Source of the DNA: an uncultured Gammaproteobacteria bacterium
Lineage (GTDB): Bacteria > Cyanobacteriota > Vampirovibrionia > Gastranaerophilales > Gastranaerophilaceae
NCBI GenBank assembly: GCA_964470205.1
Contig: CAYYBA010000001.1
Location: 1 to 45,727 of the forward strand
DNA length: 45,727 nucleotides
Direction of reading: 5' to 3'
A program made the position numbers and the translations under genes. Below are positions 1 through 7,647 of this stretch, piece after piece (within the stretch, counting starts at the first letter, position 1; the number at the start of each line of letters is the position of its first letter). The notes below the pieces were generated by a model, which was not told the DNA's origin, ran no database searches, and saw nothing but the letters and a program-made list of their open reading frames with translations.

Positions 1-2
1 CT

Positions 3-455
3 ATGGTAACCGAACTTACGGATGAAACAGGAGAAAAGCTCCAGGATATTGGGGCGGAATTCGGTACAACAACGGGAAGAAAAAGACGCTGCGGCTGGTT
101 TGACGGGGTTATCGCAAAATACAGCACACTTGTCGGCGGTTTGACCTCAATTGCCGTTACCAAGCTTGATGTTTTTGACACTTTTGATGAAATTAAAATG
201 TGTACGGCGTATAAAAATAAAAAAACAGGCGAAATTACAAAAAATTACCCTACACAAGTTCAAACCCATAAAGACTACCAACCCGTTTATGAAACATTTG
301 TTGGCTGGAGATGCGATATTTCAGAGTGTAAAACTTATGAACAATTGCCTCAAAACGCTAAAATTTATTTAAAAAGGATTGAAGATTTACTTGAAATTCC
401 AGTTAAAATTGTAAGTGTCGGGCCATCAAGAGAGCAGACAATTTTCAAAGATTAA
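3..455 (+). CDS. purA: adenylosuccinate synthetase, C-terminal part (5' end outside window)
   Basis: ORF open at the window edge. GTTTGRKRRCGWFD and VTKLDV segments are typical of PurA. Confidence 0.9.
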   Translation: MVTELTDETGEKLQDIGAEFGTTTGRKRRCGWFDGVIAKYSTLVGGLTSIAVTKLDVFDTFDEIKMCTAYKNKKTGEITKNYPTQVQTHKDYQPVYETFVGWRCDISECKTYEQLPQNAKIYLKRIEDLLEIPVKIVSVGPSREQTIFKD

Positions 456-462
456 ATTACGA

Positions 463-496
463 AAAAATGGTCATCCGATTAAAGATGACCATTTTT
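463..496. terminator. bidirectional intrinsic terminator hairpin between convergent purA and the DUF561 gene
   Basis: AAAAATGGTCATC (463-475) pairs with GATGACCATTTTT (484-496) around an 8-nt loop. A-run on one side and T-run on the other. Confidence 0.6.
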
Positions 497-520
497 ATTT
501 ATATAATATGACGTCTTCAC

Positions 521-1285
521 TTAAATTCTTAATTCTTCTGCCATTGCAAGGTCTAAAGATGCTTCGCGTTTGTAAGCGGTTGAACCCACGATACTTCTTA
601 TTGTTGCAATCATTCCAACTTGCGTATCCAATTTATTAACACAACTGCCGATACCAACAGCGCTTGCGCCTGCGGCGAATGCCAAAGGCACTGTTTGCGG
701 TGTTAAGCCGCTTGCTGTCATAATAGGAACGTTAATATTGCGCACTAATTCCATTGTGTTTGCAATTGATGTTTTTGCAAGTTCAAGCGTATTTCTTGCC
801 CCTGTAGTGGGTGTGCCTTCTGTTTGGATAACGTCAACTCCTAAAAGTTCAAGCTTTTTGGCTAAATTTATTTGTTCTTGAATTGGGATGTTGCCCGGAA
901 CTGTAACGCTTACCAATACGTTGTATTCGCTTATTAGATTCATTGTTTCCAAAGTTATTTCATAAATTTCATATTCGCTCAGTGTAATGCCTTCTTTGTA
1001 TAAAGCTTCAAAATTGCCTATTTCAACGCCGTCTACTCCCCATTTTACTGCGTTCAGTAAATCAAAAGGGTTTGTACCGGATGCAAAAATTGTAATTTTT
1101 GCGTTTTGTTTTGCAACTTTAATTACATCTTTAGAACATGCCACGTCAATTGCGCTTGCCAAACCTGCTTGGGCCGCTTTCGCAACATTTTCAACAACCT
1201 TAAGATCAAAATTATTAATACCGCTTATAATCTTTATAGCTCGTTTTTCTCTTAAATGTTTCTTAAAAACTTCCGTATTTCTCAT
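521..1285 (-). CDS. DUF561 / Ycf23-like TIM-barrel protein
   Basis: IKIISGINNFD...AAQAGLASAIDVA resembles my memory of the Ycf23/DUF561 family. Start moved to ATG 1285, preceded by AGGAAAGGAA. The longer track ORF to 1342 has no RBS. Confidence 0.65.
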   Translation of the reverse strand: MRNTEVFKKHLREKRAIKIISGINNFDLKVVENVAKAAQAGLASAIDVACSKDVIKVAKQNAKITIFASGTNPFDLLNAVKWGVDGVEIGNFEALYKEGITLSEYEIYEITLETMNLISEYNVLVSVTVPGNIPIQEQINLAKKLELLGVDVIQTEGTPTTGARNTLELAKTSIANTMELVRNINVPIMTASGLTPQTVPLAFAAGASAVGIGSCVNKLDTQVGMIATIRSIVGSTAYKREASLDLAMAEELRI

Positions 1286-1377
1286 CTGTGTTCCTTTCCT
1301 AAATGTTAATAGAATTTTACCACAACTAGGTTTTTTGAGCAATTGAAAAAAATTGTTGTGACCATTAGATTGTGTGT

Positions 1378-2106
1378 ATGATTGAAAAGTTTTCTCTCCC
1401 TAATATAAATAAAACATTTTGTACGAAAATATTGCTAGTTTTATTTTTCATGTTTAGTTTTGTAAATTGCGGTTGGTGCCAAAACACTGTTGATTTTTTA
1501 ACTAATGATGAAAAAAATAATATATCGGTTTATGAAAAAATAACACCCGCAATAGTTTCTATTGAAGCGCAAACCTATCAAGGGGTTTCATCAGGCACGG
1601 GTTGCGTTATAGACCCCAGCGGCTTAATTTTAACAAGCATGCATGTTATAAATAATGCGCAGGATATTGAAGTTACAACAGCTTCAGGGAAAATTTATGC
1701 TGCAAAGGTTTGGTCTGTGCTTAAAAATAACAGTGATTTGGCGATTTTAAGAATAACTCCGCAGGAAATGCTGCCCGTTGTGTCTTTGGGCGATTCAGAG
1801 CAGATAAGAGTGGGGCAAAAAGTGCTCACAATAGGCAACCCGTTTGGTTTTAGGGGAACTTTTACAACTGGTATTGTTTCAAGAATTGATTATGAAAGAA
1901 ATAAGATTCAAACAGATGCTGCAATAAATCCCGGATGCTCGGGCGGACCTTTGATTAATACTCACGGGGAAGTTATCGGCATTAATCAATCTATTTATAA
2001 CCCCGATAATAACCGCTCAAATATCGGCATAGGCTTTGCTGTTCCCATAAATAATGCCAAAGATTTTATAAATATTACTTTAAAGCGCACTGTAGCTGTC
2101 AGGTAA
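1378..2106 (+). CDS. secreted trypsin-like serine protease (S1C/HtrA-like protease domain, no PDZ)
   Basis: N-terminal hydrophobic signal. TSMHVI (His), NSDLAIL (Asp) and NPGCSGGPLIN (Ser) catalytic motifs. GTG 1372 is an alternative start. Confidence 0.8.
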   Translation: MIEKFSLPNINKTFCTKILLVLFFMFSFVNCGWCQNTVDFLTNDEKNNISVYEKITPAIVSIEAQTYQGVSSGTGCVIDPSGLILTSMHVINNAQDIEVTTASGKIYAAKVWSVLKNNSDLAILRITPQEMLPVVSLGDSEQIRVGQKVLTIGNPFGFRGTFTTGIVSRIDYERNKIQTDAAINPGCSGGPLINTHGEVIGINQSIYNPDNNRSNIGIGFAVPINNAKDFINITLKRTVAVR

Positions 2107-2820
2107 TTACCAGCTTACATTTTTGTGCAAATAATCCATATTGTCTTTTGCTATAACCCAGGCAGTGCAGGAATGGCCTGAATAGGCGCTGTCATTTGTT
2201 CTGCTGCATCTGGTTGATAAATCTACACCAATACCGCTAGGGGCTATTGAACCGTTTTTTTGTATTACAAACATAAAAATATCTCTGCCAACTTGGTTCG
2301 GTTTTTTGTCACCATTTATATCAACATCTACATTTCCGCAAACACCTGTTGCACAATTACTTTGTGTGATAACAATAAAAAAAGACATCCCGTCTGCAAG
2401 CCTTGCTTTTGCATATTCACTGTTGTTTTCAGGGTTTGTCCAAATAGTGTTACCGTTCAAATTTTTATAATTGCCGTTCCAAAAACATCCTTTACCCTTG
2501 CCGCATCTTTTTGTAATTTTTAAATACGGTGCTAAAATATCTATAATTTTATCCGCACTTTCTCCACTCCGGACTGTTCCCCAATCCCAGGTGTCAACAG
2601 ACCCGTTTCGAATTTCAGCCAATTTAAAAGCTTGCGATATTTGTGAATAGAATTTTTTAATCGAACTTACTGTTTGGCGCTCCTGATAGTTTCTTACGAC
2701 CGTGGGGATTGTGAGCGCTGCAACAACACCGATTATGGCTAAAGTAATTAATACTTCAGCAAGCGTAAAACCCTTTTTATTTGCGCATGCAGCATTAAAT
2801 TTTGCAATTAATTCTTCCAC
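2107..2820 (-). CDS. prepilin-type N-terminal cleavage/methylation domain protein (type IV pilin-like), class i (...NMDYLHKNVSW end)
   Basis: KKG|FTLAEVLITLAIIGVVAALTIPTV prepilin signature. Shared DINGDKKPNQVGRDIFMF and CTAWVI motifs. Confidence 0.85.
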   Translation of the reverse strand: MEELIAKFNAACANKKGFTLAEVLITLAIIGVVAALTIPTVVRNYQERQTVSSIKKFYSQISQAFKLAEIRNGSVDTWDWGTVRSGESADKIIDILAPYLKITKRCGKGKGCFWNGNYKNLNGNTIWTNPENNSEYAKARLADGMSFFIVITQSNCATGVCGNVDVDINGDKKPNQVGRDIFMFVIQKNGSIAPSGIGVDLSTRCSRTNDSAYSGHSCTAWVIAKDNMDYLHKNVSW

Positions 2821-2964
2821 TTCATTTTCCGATTTTCTATATTAAATAAAGATTTTTACTCAATTATACCATATTTAATATATAAATTCAATGTTTAAAA
2901 CAGAAAAAATTAAAAATTATATATTAAATACAGTTATAAATATTATAGAGTTTAATTATTCTTG

Positions 2965-3306
2965 ATGATAAAGAAACGGAGCAAAATGGATTTAAAGAAA
3001 AAATTCGGTACAAGATTAAAACTTATAAGAAAAAGAAATCTGTTAACGCAAGAAAAACTTGCGGAATTAACAGGTATTGACTCTAAACATTTAAGCCACA
3101 TCGAAACGGGGCAAAGTTTCCCCTCTGCTAAATTAATTGAAAATTTTGCGCGTGTGCTTGAAGTTAATTCGGAAGACTTTTTTATAAATTCCGAAAGCAA
3201 AAACCGCGATATTCTGGCACAAGAAATTGTGAGTTTGCTTAAACAAATAAACGACAGGGATTTAAAAATAGTCCACAATATGGTTTTGGATATGATAAAT
3301 ACTTAA
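2965..3306 (+). CDS. XRE (Cro/C1) family HTH transcriptional regulator
   Basis: LTQEKLAELTGIDSKHLSHIETGQSFPS helix-turn-helix. Start ambiguous: TTG 2962, ATG 2965, or ATG 2986 with GGAG upstream. Divergent from pilin-like 2107-2820. Confidence 0.8.
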   Translation: MIKKRSKMDLKKKFGTRLKLIRKRNLLTQEKLAELTGIDSKHLSHIETGQSFPSAKLIENFARVLEVNSEDFFINSESKNRDILAQEIVSLLKQINDRDLKIVHNMVLDMINT

Positions 3307-4826
3307 ACCTGTTTTTTAATCATACTTTCGCCTGTCATCTCCTGCGGCTTTTCAATGCCCAGGATTTCAAGAACTGTTGGCGCAATGTCGCTCAAGGCTC
3401 CTGATTCTTTTAAATCATACTTTTTGCTGTCTATAATAATAAAAGGTACGGGGTTTGTGGTATGTGCGGTATGCGGCTGGTGCGTGTTTTTATCAACCAT
3501 ATCTTCAGCGTTCCCATGGTCTGCCGTTAAAATCATCACAACACCCATCTCAAGCACTTTTGCGGCAATTTTACCTATGCAGTTATCAACCGTTTCAACT
3601 GCCTTAATTGCAGCGTCCATTATACCCGTGTGCCCTACCATATCAGGGTTTGCAAAGTTCACCAAAATAAAACCGTATTTAGGATCATCAAGCGCTTTCA
3701 AAACATTTTCACAAACATCCCCTGCGCTCATTTCGGGCTGCAAATCATAAGTTTTAACTTTAGGAGAAGGTACAAGCACGCGTGTTTCTGTCGGGTAAGG
3801 CACTTCCAAGCCTCTGTTAAAGAAAAACGTAACATGAGCGAATTCATCGGTTTCGGCTGTTCTGAACTGCAAAACATTGTTTTTATCCAGCACCCCGCCC
3901 AAAATATTTTTCATAGCCTCAGGCTTAAATGCTACGCTAAGCGGCAGTTTTTCATCGTATTGCGTCATACAAACGTAAAAAAGATTTTTTAAAACTTTTT
4001 TGCGCTCAAAACCTGTAAAATCCGCTGTTGTAAGTGCATTTGTAATTTCGCGGGCTCTATCCGGTCTGTAATTAAAGAAAATAACAGAATCGTTATCTTC
4101 AATTCTGCGCTTTGAAATAACCGCAGGGTCAACAAATTCATCGGTAATACCTTGCTTATAAGAATTTTCAACAGCTTCAATTGCACTGTTTGCGGCATTC
4201 CCTTCGCCCAGAACAAGGCAATTGTACGCCCTCTCAACTCTATCCCAGCGTTTATCCCTGTCCATTGCCCAAAAACGTCCCATAACAGAAGCAATTTTTG
4301 GCAAATGATACTGTGCCAGCGTTTTTTCAATTTCTTCTAAATATTGAATTGCAGATTTCGGTGGCGTATCGCGCCCGTCTAAAAACGCGTGGACATAAAC
4401 ATCACAAAGCCCGTTGTCTGCCGCTATCTTAATAAGTGCTTGCAAATGCGGATAAACACTGTGCACGCCGCCGTCTGACACAAGCCCGAACAGGTGCAGG
4501 GCGCTTTTATTTTCTTTGACATGATTTATAGCGGCTAAAAATTCTTCGTTTTTGAAGAAATCACCGTCTTCAATTGATTTATTTATTCTTGAAAGTTCCT
4601 GATATACAATTCTTCCGGCACCTATGTTTAAATGCCCCACTTCGGAATTGCCCATCTGCCCTTTTGGTAAACCGACATTGCTGCCTTCAGCATGGATTTG
4701 CGCGTATGACATATTTTTTACAAAACTGTCGTAATTGGGGGTATTTGCTTTTGCAATAGCATTATATTCTCTCTCAGAGCTTATGCCCCAGCCATCCAAT
4801 ATACATAACAAAACTCTTTTTTGCAT
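3303..4826 (-). CDS. gpmI: 2,3-bisphosphoglycerate-independent phosphoglycerate mutase
   Basis: 507 aa. MGNSEVGHLNIGAGR and TADHGNAE motifs, full-length iPGM architecture. Confidence 0.95.
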   Translation of the reverse strand: MQKRVLLCILDGWGISSEREYNAIAKANTPNYDSFVKNMSYAQIHAEGSNVGLPKGQMGNSEVGHLNIGAGRIVYQELSRINKSIEDGDFFKNEEFLAAINHVKENKSALHLFGLVSDGGVHSVYPHLQALIKIAADNGLCDVYVHAFLDGRDTPPKSAIQYLEEIEKTLAQYHLPKIASVMGRFWAMDRDKRWDRVERAYNCLVLGEGNAANSAIEAVENSYKQGITDEFVDPAVISKRRIEDNDSVIFFNYRPDRAREITNALTTADFTGFERKKVLKNLFYVCMTQYDEKLPLSVAFKPEAMKNILGGVLDKNNVLQFRTAETDEFAHVTFFFNRGLEVPYPTETRVLVPSPKVKTYDLQPEMSAGDVCENVLKALDDPKYGFILVNFANPDMVGHTGIMDAAIKAVETVDNCIGKIAAKVLEMGVVMILTADHGNAEDMVDKNTHQPHTAHTTNPVPFIIIDSKKYDLKESGALSDIAPTVLEILGIEKPQEMTGESMIKKQV

Positions 4827-4881
4827 TATTAATGTCCTCTCTTTGGTTCTAATATATCATAAAAGATGTTATAATTACACT

Positions 4882-5337
4882 ATGTTTAAAGATTATTTTG
4901 TGGTTATTAAAAAATATTTTTACCGCTATATTCTGCAAAGAAACTATTTTAGAGTTGGGAAATGTAATATGTGCGGCAGATGCTGCGAAAAAATTTACGT
5001 AAAACACGGCAAATGTGTTTTGCAGGATGAAGAACATTTTTATAAATTGCGCAACATGCACAAATTCTATGAAGATTTGCACTTGGCGGGCAAAGACGAA
5101 AACGGGCTTATTTTTGTATGCAAAAATTTGGATAAAGAAACAAGAAAGTGCAAAGTGCACGCCAGCCGTGCCAAAATATGCAGGGATTATCCGCAGGAAG
5201 AAATTTTTAAAATGGGAGGCGATATGGCGCGAAGCTGCGGATATAAATTTGTGCCGATTTTTTCTTTTGAAAGCGTAATGGAGCGTGTGAAAAAATCAAA
5301 AAGCTGCATAATGTCTGTAAATGAAGAAGAGGTATTT
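4882..5337 (+). CDS. YkgJ/UPF0153 (FliB-family) CxxCxxCC cysteine-cluster domain with no stop codon of its own, reading in frame into the next pilin-like ORF
   Basis: CNMCGRCCEKIY plus CKNLDKETRKCKVHASRAKICRDYP match the YkgJ pattern. ATG at 4882. The track ORF 4735-6060 is uninterrupted. Confidence 0.65.
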
Positions 5338-6060
5338 ATGAAAAAAGGTTTTACCCTCGCCGAAGTGCTGATAACGCTTGCAATAATAGGTGTTGTGGCA
5401 GCGCTTACAATCCCAACCGTTGTACAAAATTACCAAAAAACCCAAACCGTAGTGCAGCTAAAAAAGACATATACCAGCTTAAATCAAGCTATGCAAATGG
5501 CTGTTGTAAATTACGGAAATATGGAAAATTGGAGTGATGTTTTTACCGCAGACAGAAGAAGAGATGACACGGAATTGAGAGATATTATAACAAAATATTT
5601 TATTCCGTATATGAAAGTTTCAAAAGCTTGTGCAGCGGGCGAAATGCAGCAGTGTTGGGCAGACGGATTATTGATTTATACAATAGATGGTAATTCTTTT
5701 AACACAAATTCTATAGGCGGTGGTAAGGCAAGTTTCAAGCTGGCAGACGGAACAACGGTTATGCTGATAACATCCTATGTCGGCGTTAATGACTACACTA
5801 TTAATTTATTTGTTGATTTAAACGGCTATAAAAAACCGAACAAATTGGGTAAAGATATTTTTACTTTCCTTCCGGATAGAAAAAGAAATGCAATAATTCT
5901 TATGTGCGAACAATGTACCAGGAGCAGTATAATCAATAATTCTAACGGTTCAGGATGGTATTGCAAAAAAGGAACTGGCGGCACATTGGCCGGCGGAAGT
6001 TGCGGAGCTTTAATTCAAAAAGACGGTTGGGAGATTAAAGGTGATTACCCGTGGAATTAA
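5338..6060 (+). CDS. prepilin-type pilin-like protein, class ii (...GWEIKGDYPWN end), possible internal start
   Basis: MKKG|FTLAEVLITLAIIGVVAALTIPTV. GAAGAGG lies about 7 nt upstream of ATG 5338. DLNGYKKPNKLGKDIFTF motif. Confidence 0.8.
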   Translation: MKKGFTLAEVLITLAIIGVVAALTIPTVVQNYQKTQTVVQLKKTYTSLNQAMQMAVVNYGNMENWSDVFTADRRRDDTELRDIITKYFIPYMKVSKACAAGEMQQCWADGLLIYTIDGNSFNTNSIGGGKASFKLADGTTVMLITSYVGVNDYTINLFVDLNGYKKPNKLGKDIFTFLPDRKRNAIILMCEQCTRSSIINNSNGSGWYCKKGTGGTLAGGSCGALIQKDGWEIKGDYPWN

Positions 6061-6064
6061 AGTC

Positions 6065-6283
6065 ATGTCAAATTGTGAAGAAGAAGTTTATAGAAAAATA
6101 GGCGCAAATATTAAAAAATATAGAAATTTGCGCGGTATAACGCAGGAAAAATTGTCTGAAATGTTAGATGCTAATTCCAAATTTGTAGGGCATATTGAGC
6201 GCTTTGAAAGGTATGTAGGGTTAAAAAAGCTTATTAAGATAGCTAATATTTTGGATATAGAAATAAAAAATTTGTTTGAATAG
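6065..6283 (+). CDS. XRE family HTH transcriptional regulator (small)
   Basis: ITQEKLSEMLDANSKFVGHIERFER HTH. ATG 6065 lies 4 nt after the pilin-like stop. Confidence 0.75.
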   Translation: MSNCEEEVYRKIGANIKKYRNLRGITQEKLSEMLDANSKFVGHIERFERYVGLKKLIKIANILDIEIKNLFE

Positions 6284-6284
6284 C

Positions 6285-6310
6285 AAAAAAGCGGGGAAAC
6301 CCGCTTTTTA
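6285..6310. terminator. bidirectional intrinsic terminator
   Basis: AAAAAAGCGGG-GAAA-CCCGCTTTTT: GC stem flanked by an A-run and a T-run. It serves the + strand HTH gene and the - strand rplL transcript. Confidence 0.8.
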
Positions 6311-6479
6311 ATAGTTTAATTAATTGCTTCCGTGACTCCGCTTGCATGGCGCTGTCCTCTTGATTTTCAAGCGTTTTGTCATGCTGAACTTGTTTCAGCA
6401 TCTGTTGAAAATCAAGCCTCCATTTCAACTTGCCCATTGGGGCAACTTTCAACGGAGTCCTTGCACCGGCTGCCGCGTT
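6311..6479 (-). other. GC-rich structured element in the rplL 3' UTR (three-stem fold), upstream of the terminator
   Basis: Stems seen directly: 6334-6340/6453-6459 (7 bp), 6430-6435/6440-6445 (6 bp), 6359-6370/6405-6416 (12 bp) enclosing 6381-6388/6394-6401 (8 bp). Starts GCGGCAGCCG 3 nt after the rplL stop. Confidence 0.45.
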
Positions 6480-6854
6480 CTACTTCACTTCCACTGTTCC
6501 GCCGGCTTCTTCGATTTTCTTTTTAATTTCGTCGGCTTCTTCTCTTTTGATGTTTTCTTTAACCGGTTTCGGAGCAGCATCTACCAAGTCTTTAGCTTCT
6601 TTCAAGCCAAGACCCGTGATTTCTCTTACAACCTTCAAAACAGCTATTTTGTTAGCGCCGGCTGTTGTTAAAGTTACCGTAACTTCAGTCGGGGCTTCTT
6701 CTGCCGCTGCCGCTGCTGCGGGAGCCGCTGCAACTGCTGCAACCGGAGCTGCTGCAGATACGCCGAATTTTTCTTCCATGGCTTTTACAAGTTCTGCTGC
6801 TTCAATTAATGTTAATTTTTCAATTGATCCTAAAATAGTTTCTACGTTACTCAT
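6480..6854 (-). CDS. rplL: 50S ribosomal protein L7/L12
   Basis: 124 aa. Ala-rich hinge [22 protein letters not shown]-terminal [11 protein letters not shown]...[10 protein letters not shown]. Confidence 0.97.
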   Translation of the reverse strand: MSNVETILGSIEKLTLIEAAELVKAMEEKFGVSAAAPVAAVAAAPAAAAAAEEAPTEVTVTLTTAGANKIAVLKVVREITGLGLKEAKDLVDAAPKPVKENIKREEADEIKKKIEEAGGTVEVK

Positions 6855-6873
6855 TTTTCTTAACCTTTCTTAT

Positions 6874-7389
6874 TTATTCTACTGATTTTGCTGCTTTAAT
6901 AACTCTTACAAGGGCAGACATAATACCGTTTATACCGTAAACAATGCCGCTTGCAGGAGAATTGATAGAGCCCAGGATTTTTGCATAAAGTTCTTCTTTT
7001 GTAGGAAGGTTTGCTAAACCTTGTGCTTCTTGTGCGTTTAACACCCTGCCGTCTAAAACGGCACCTGTGATTTCGCATTTTTTTGCTTCTTTGATAAAAT
7101 CGCTTAAAACTTTGGCAGCTGAAACTTCATCGCTAAACCCGAAGGCAATGGCTGTAGGCCCTTTAAGCAAAGCTTCAATGGATTCAAACGCTGTTCCTTT
7201 TGATGCAACTTTGCACAAAGTGTTTTTTGTAACGGTAAGGTCGCTGTCTTTAGCTTGTAAAGAGCGTCTTAAGTTTGTGATTTCTTCAACCGTCAAACCG
7301 CGATAATCAGCCACAACCGCAACTTTTGCGTTTTTAAACTGCTTTTTATAAGATTCGATTTTTTCACTTTTAAAAGCTTTTGTTGACAT
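6874..7389 (-). CDS. rplJ: 50S ribosomal protein L10
   Basis: 171 aa, L10-like sequence (VVADYRGLTVEEITNLRRSL), immediately upstream of rplL. Confidence 0.95.
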   Translation of the reverse strand: MSTKAFKSEKIESYKKQFKNAKVAVVADYRGLTVEEITNLRRSLQAKDSDLTVTKNTLCKVASKGTAFESIEALLKGPTAIAFGFSDEVSAAKVLSDFIKEAKKCEITGAVLDGRVLNAQEAQGLANLPTKEELYAKILGSINSPASGIVYGINGIMSALVRVIKAAKSVE

Positions 7390-7538
7390 AATTGGGAATC
7401 TCCTTTCTTTTTGTTTGGCAAAGCCTTATAACAAAAAAGTTTTGCCACAATACGCGCAAAACAATAACAAAAAGTTTTCTTGCTACCTCGGCCGGAAATT
7501 AAGGTTTTGTTGAACCACCGACTGTCTGCGGTATTTGT
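7390..7538 (-). promoter_or_regulatory. long 5' leader of rplJ-rplL, candidate L10-type autoregulatory leader
   Basis: About 150 nt between the predicted promoter and the AAAGGAG RBS. GC-rich core CCGCAGACAGTCGGTGG...CCGGCCGAGG and a GGCAAA/TTTGCC hairpin. Assignment to the L10 leader class is inferred from position only. Confidence 0.4.
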
Positions 7539-7544
7539 GAAAAG

Positions 7545-7573
7545 AGTATAATATAAAGTCTTAATAAAGTCAA
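7545..7573 (-). promoter_or_regulatory. sigma70-type promoter for rplJL
   Basis: On the minus strand: TTGACT (7573-7568), 17-nt spacer, TATACT (7550-7545). Confidence 0.55.
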
Positions 7574-7647
7574 TGATTTTATTAAGCAATAAAATCCCCA
7601 CCATTTTATGTATAGTCTTTTGGTAAAAAATGTGTATAATTATAAAT

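Noticed and set aside
2700-2775. Recent gene conversion or antigenic-variation-type recombination among the conserved 5' ends of the pilin paralogs
   Set aside because: The GFTLAEVLITLAIIGVVAALTIP segment is conserved at the protein level, but the DNA differs at many synonymous positions between copies. Identical runs are only about 14-17 nt. This indicates old duplicates under purifying selection rather than ongoing conversion.
4735-4881. N-terminal 49 codons of the 441-aa track ORF, upstream of MFKDY
   Set aside because: This stretch overlaps the gpmI start region on the opposite strand and has no protein-like features. ATG 4882 is the first plausible start of the YkgJ-like part.
6430-6885. 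151-aa Ala-rich ORF on the + strand
   Set aside because: It is the antisense shadow of rplL, mirroring its Ala-rich hinge. rplL on the minus strand is unambiguous.
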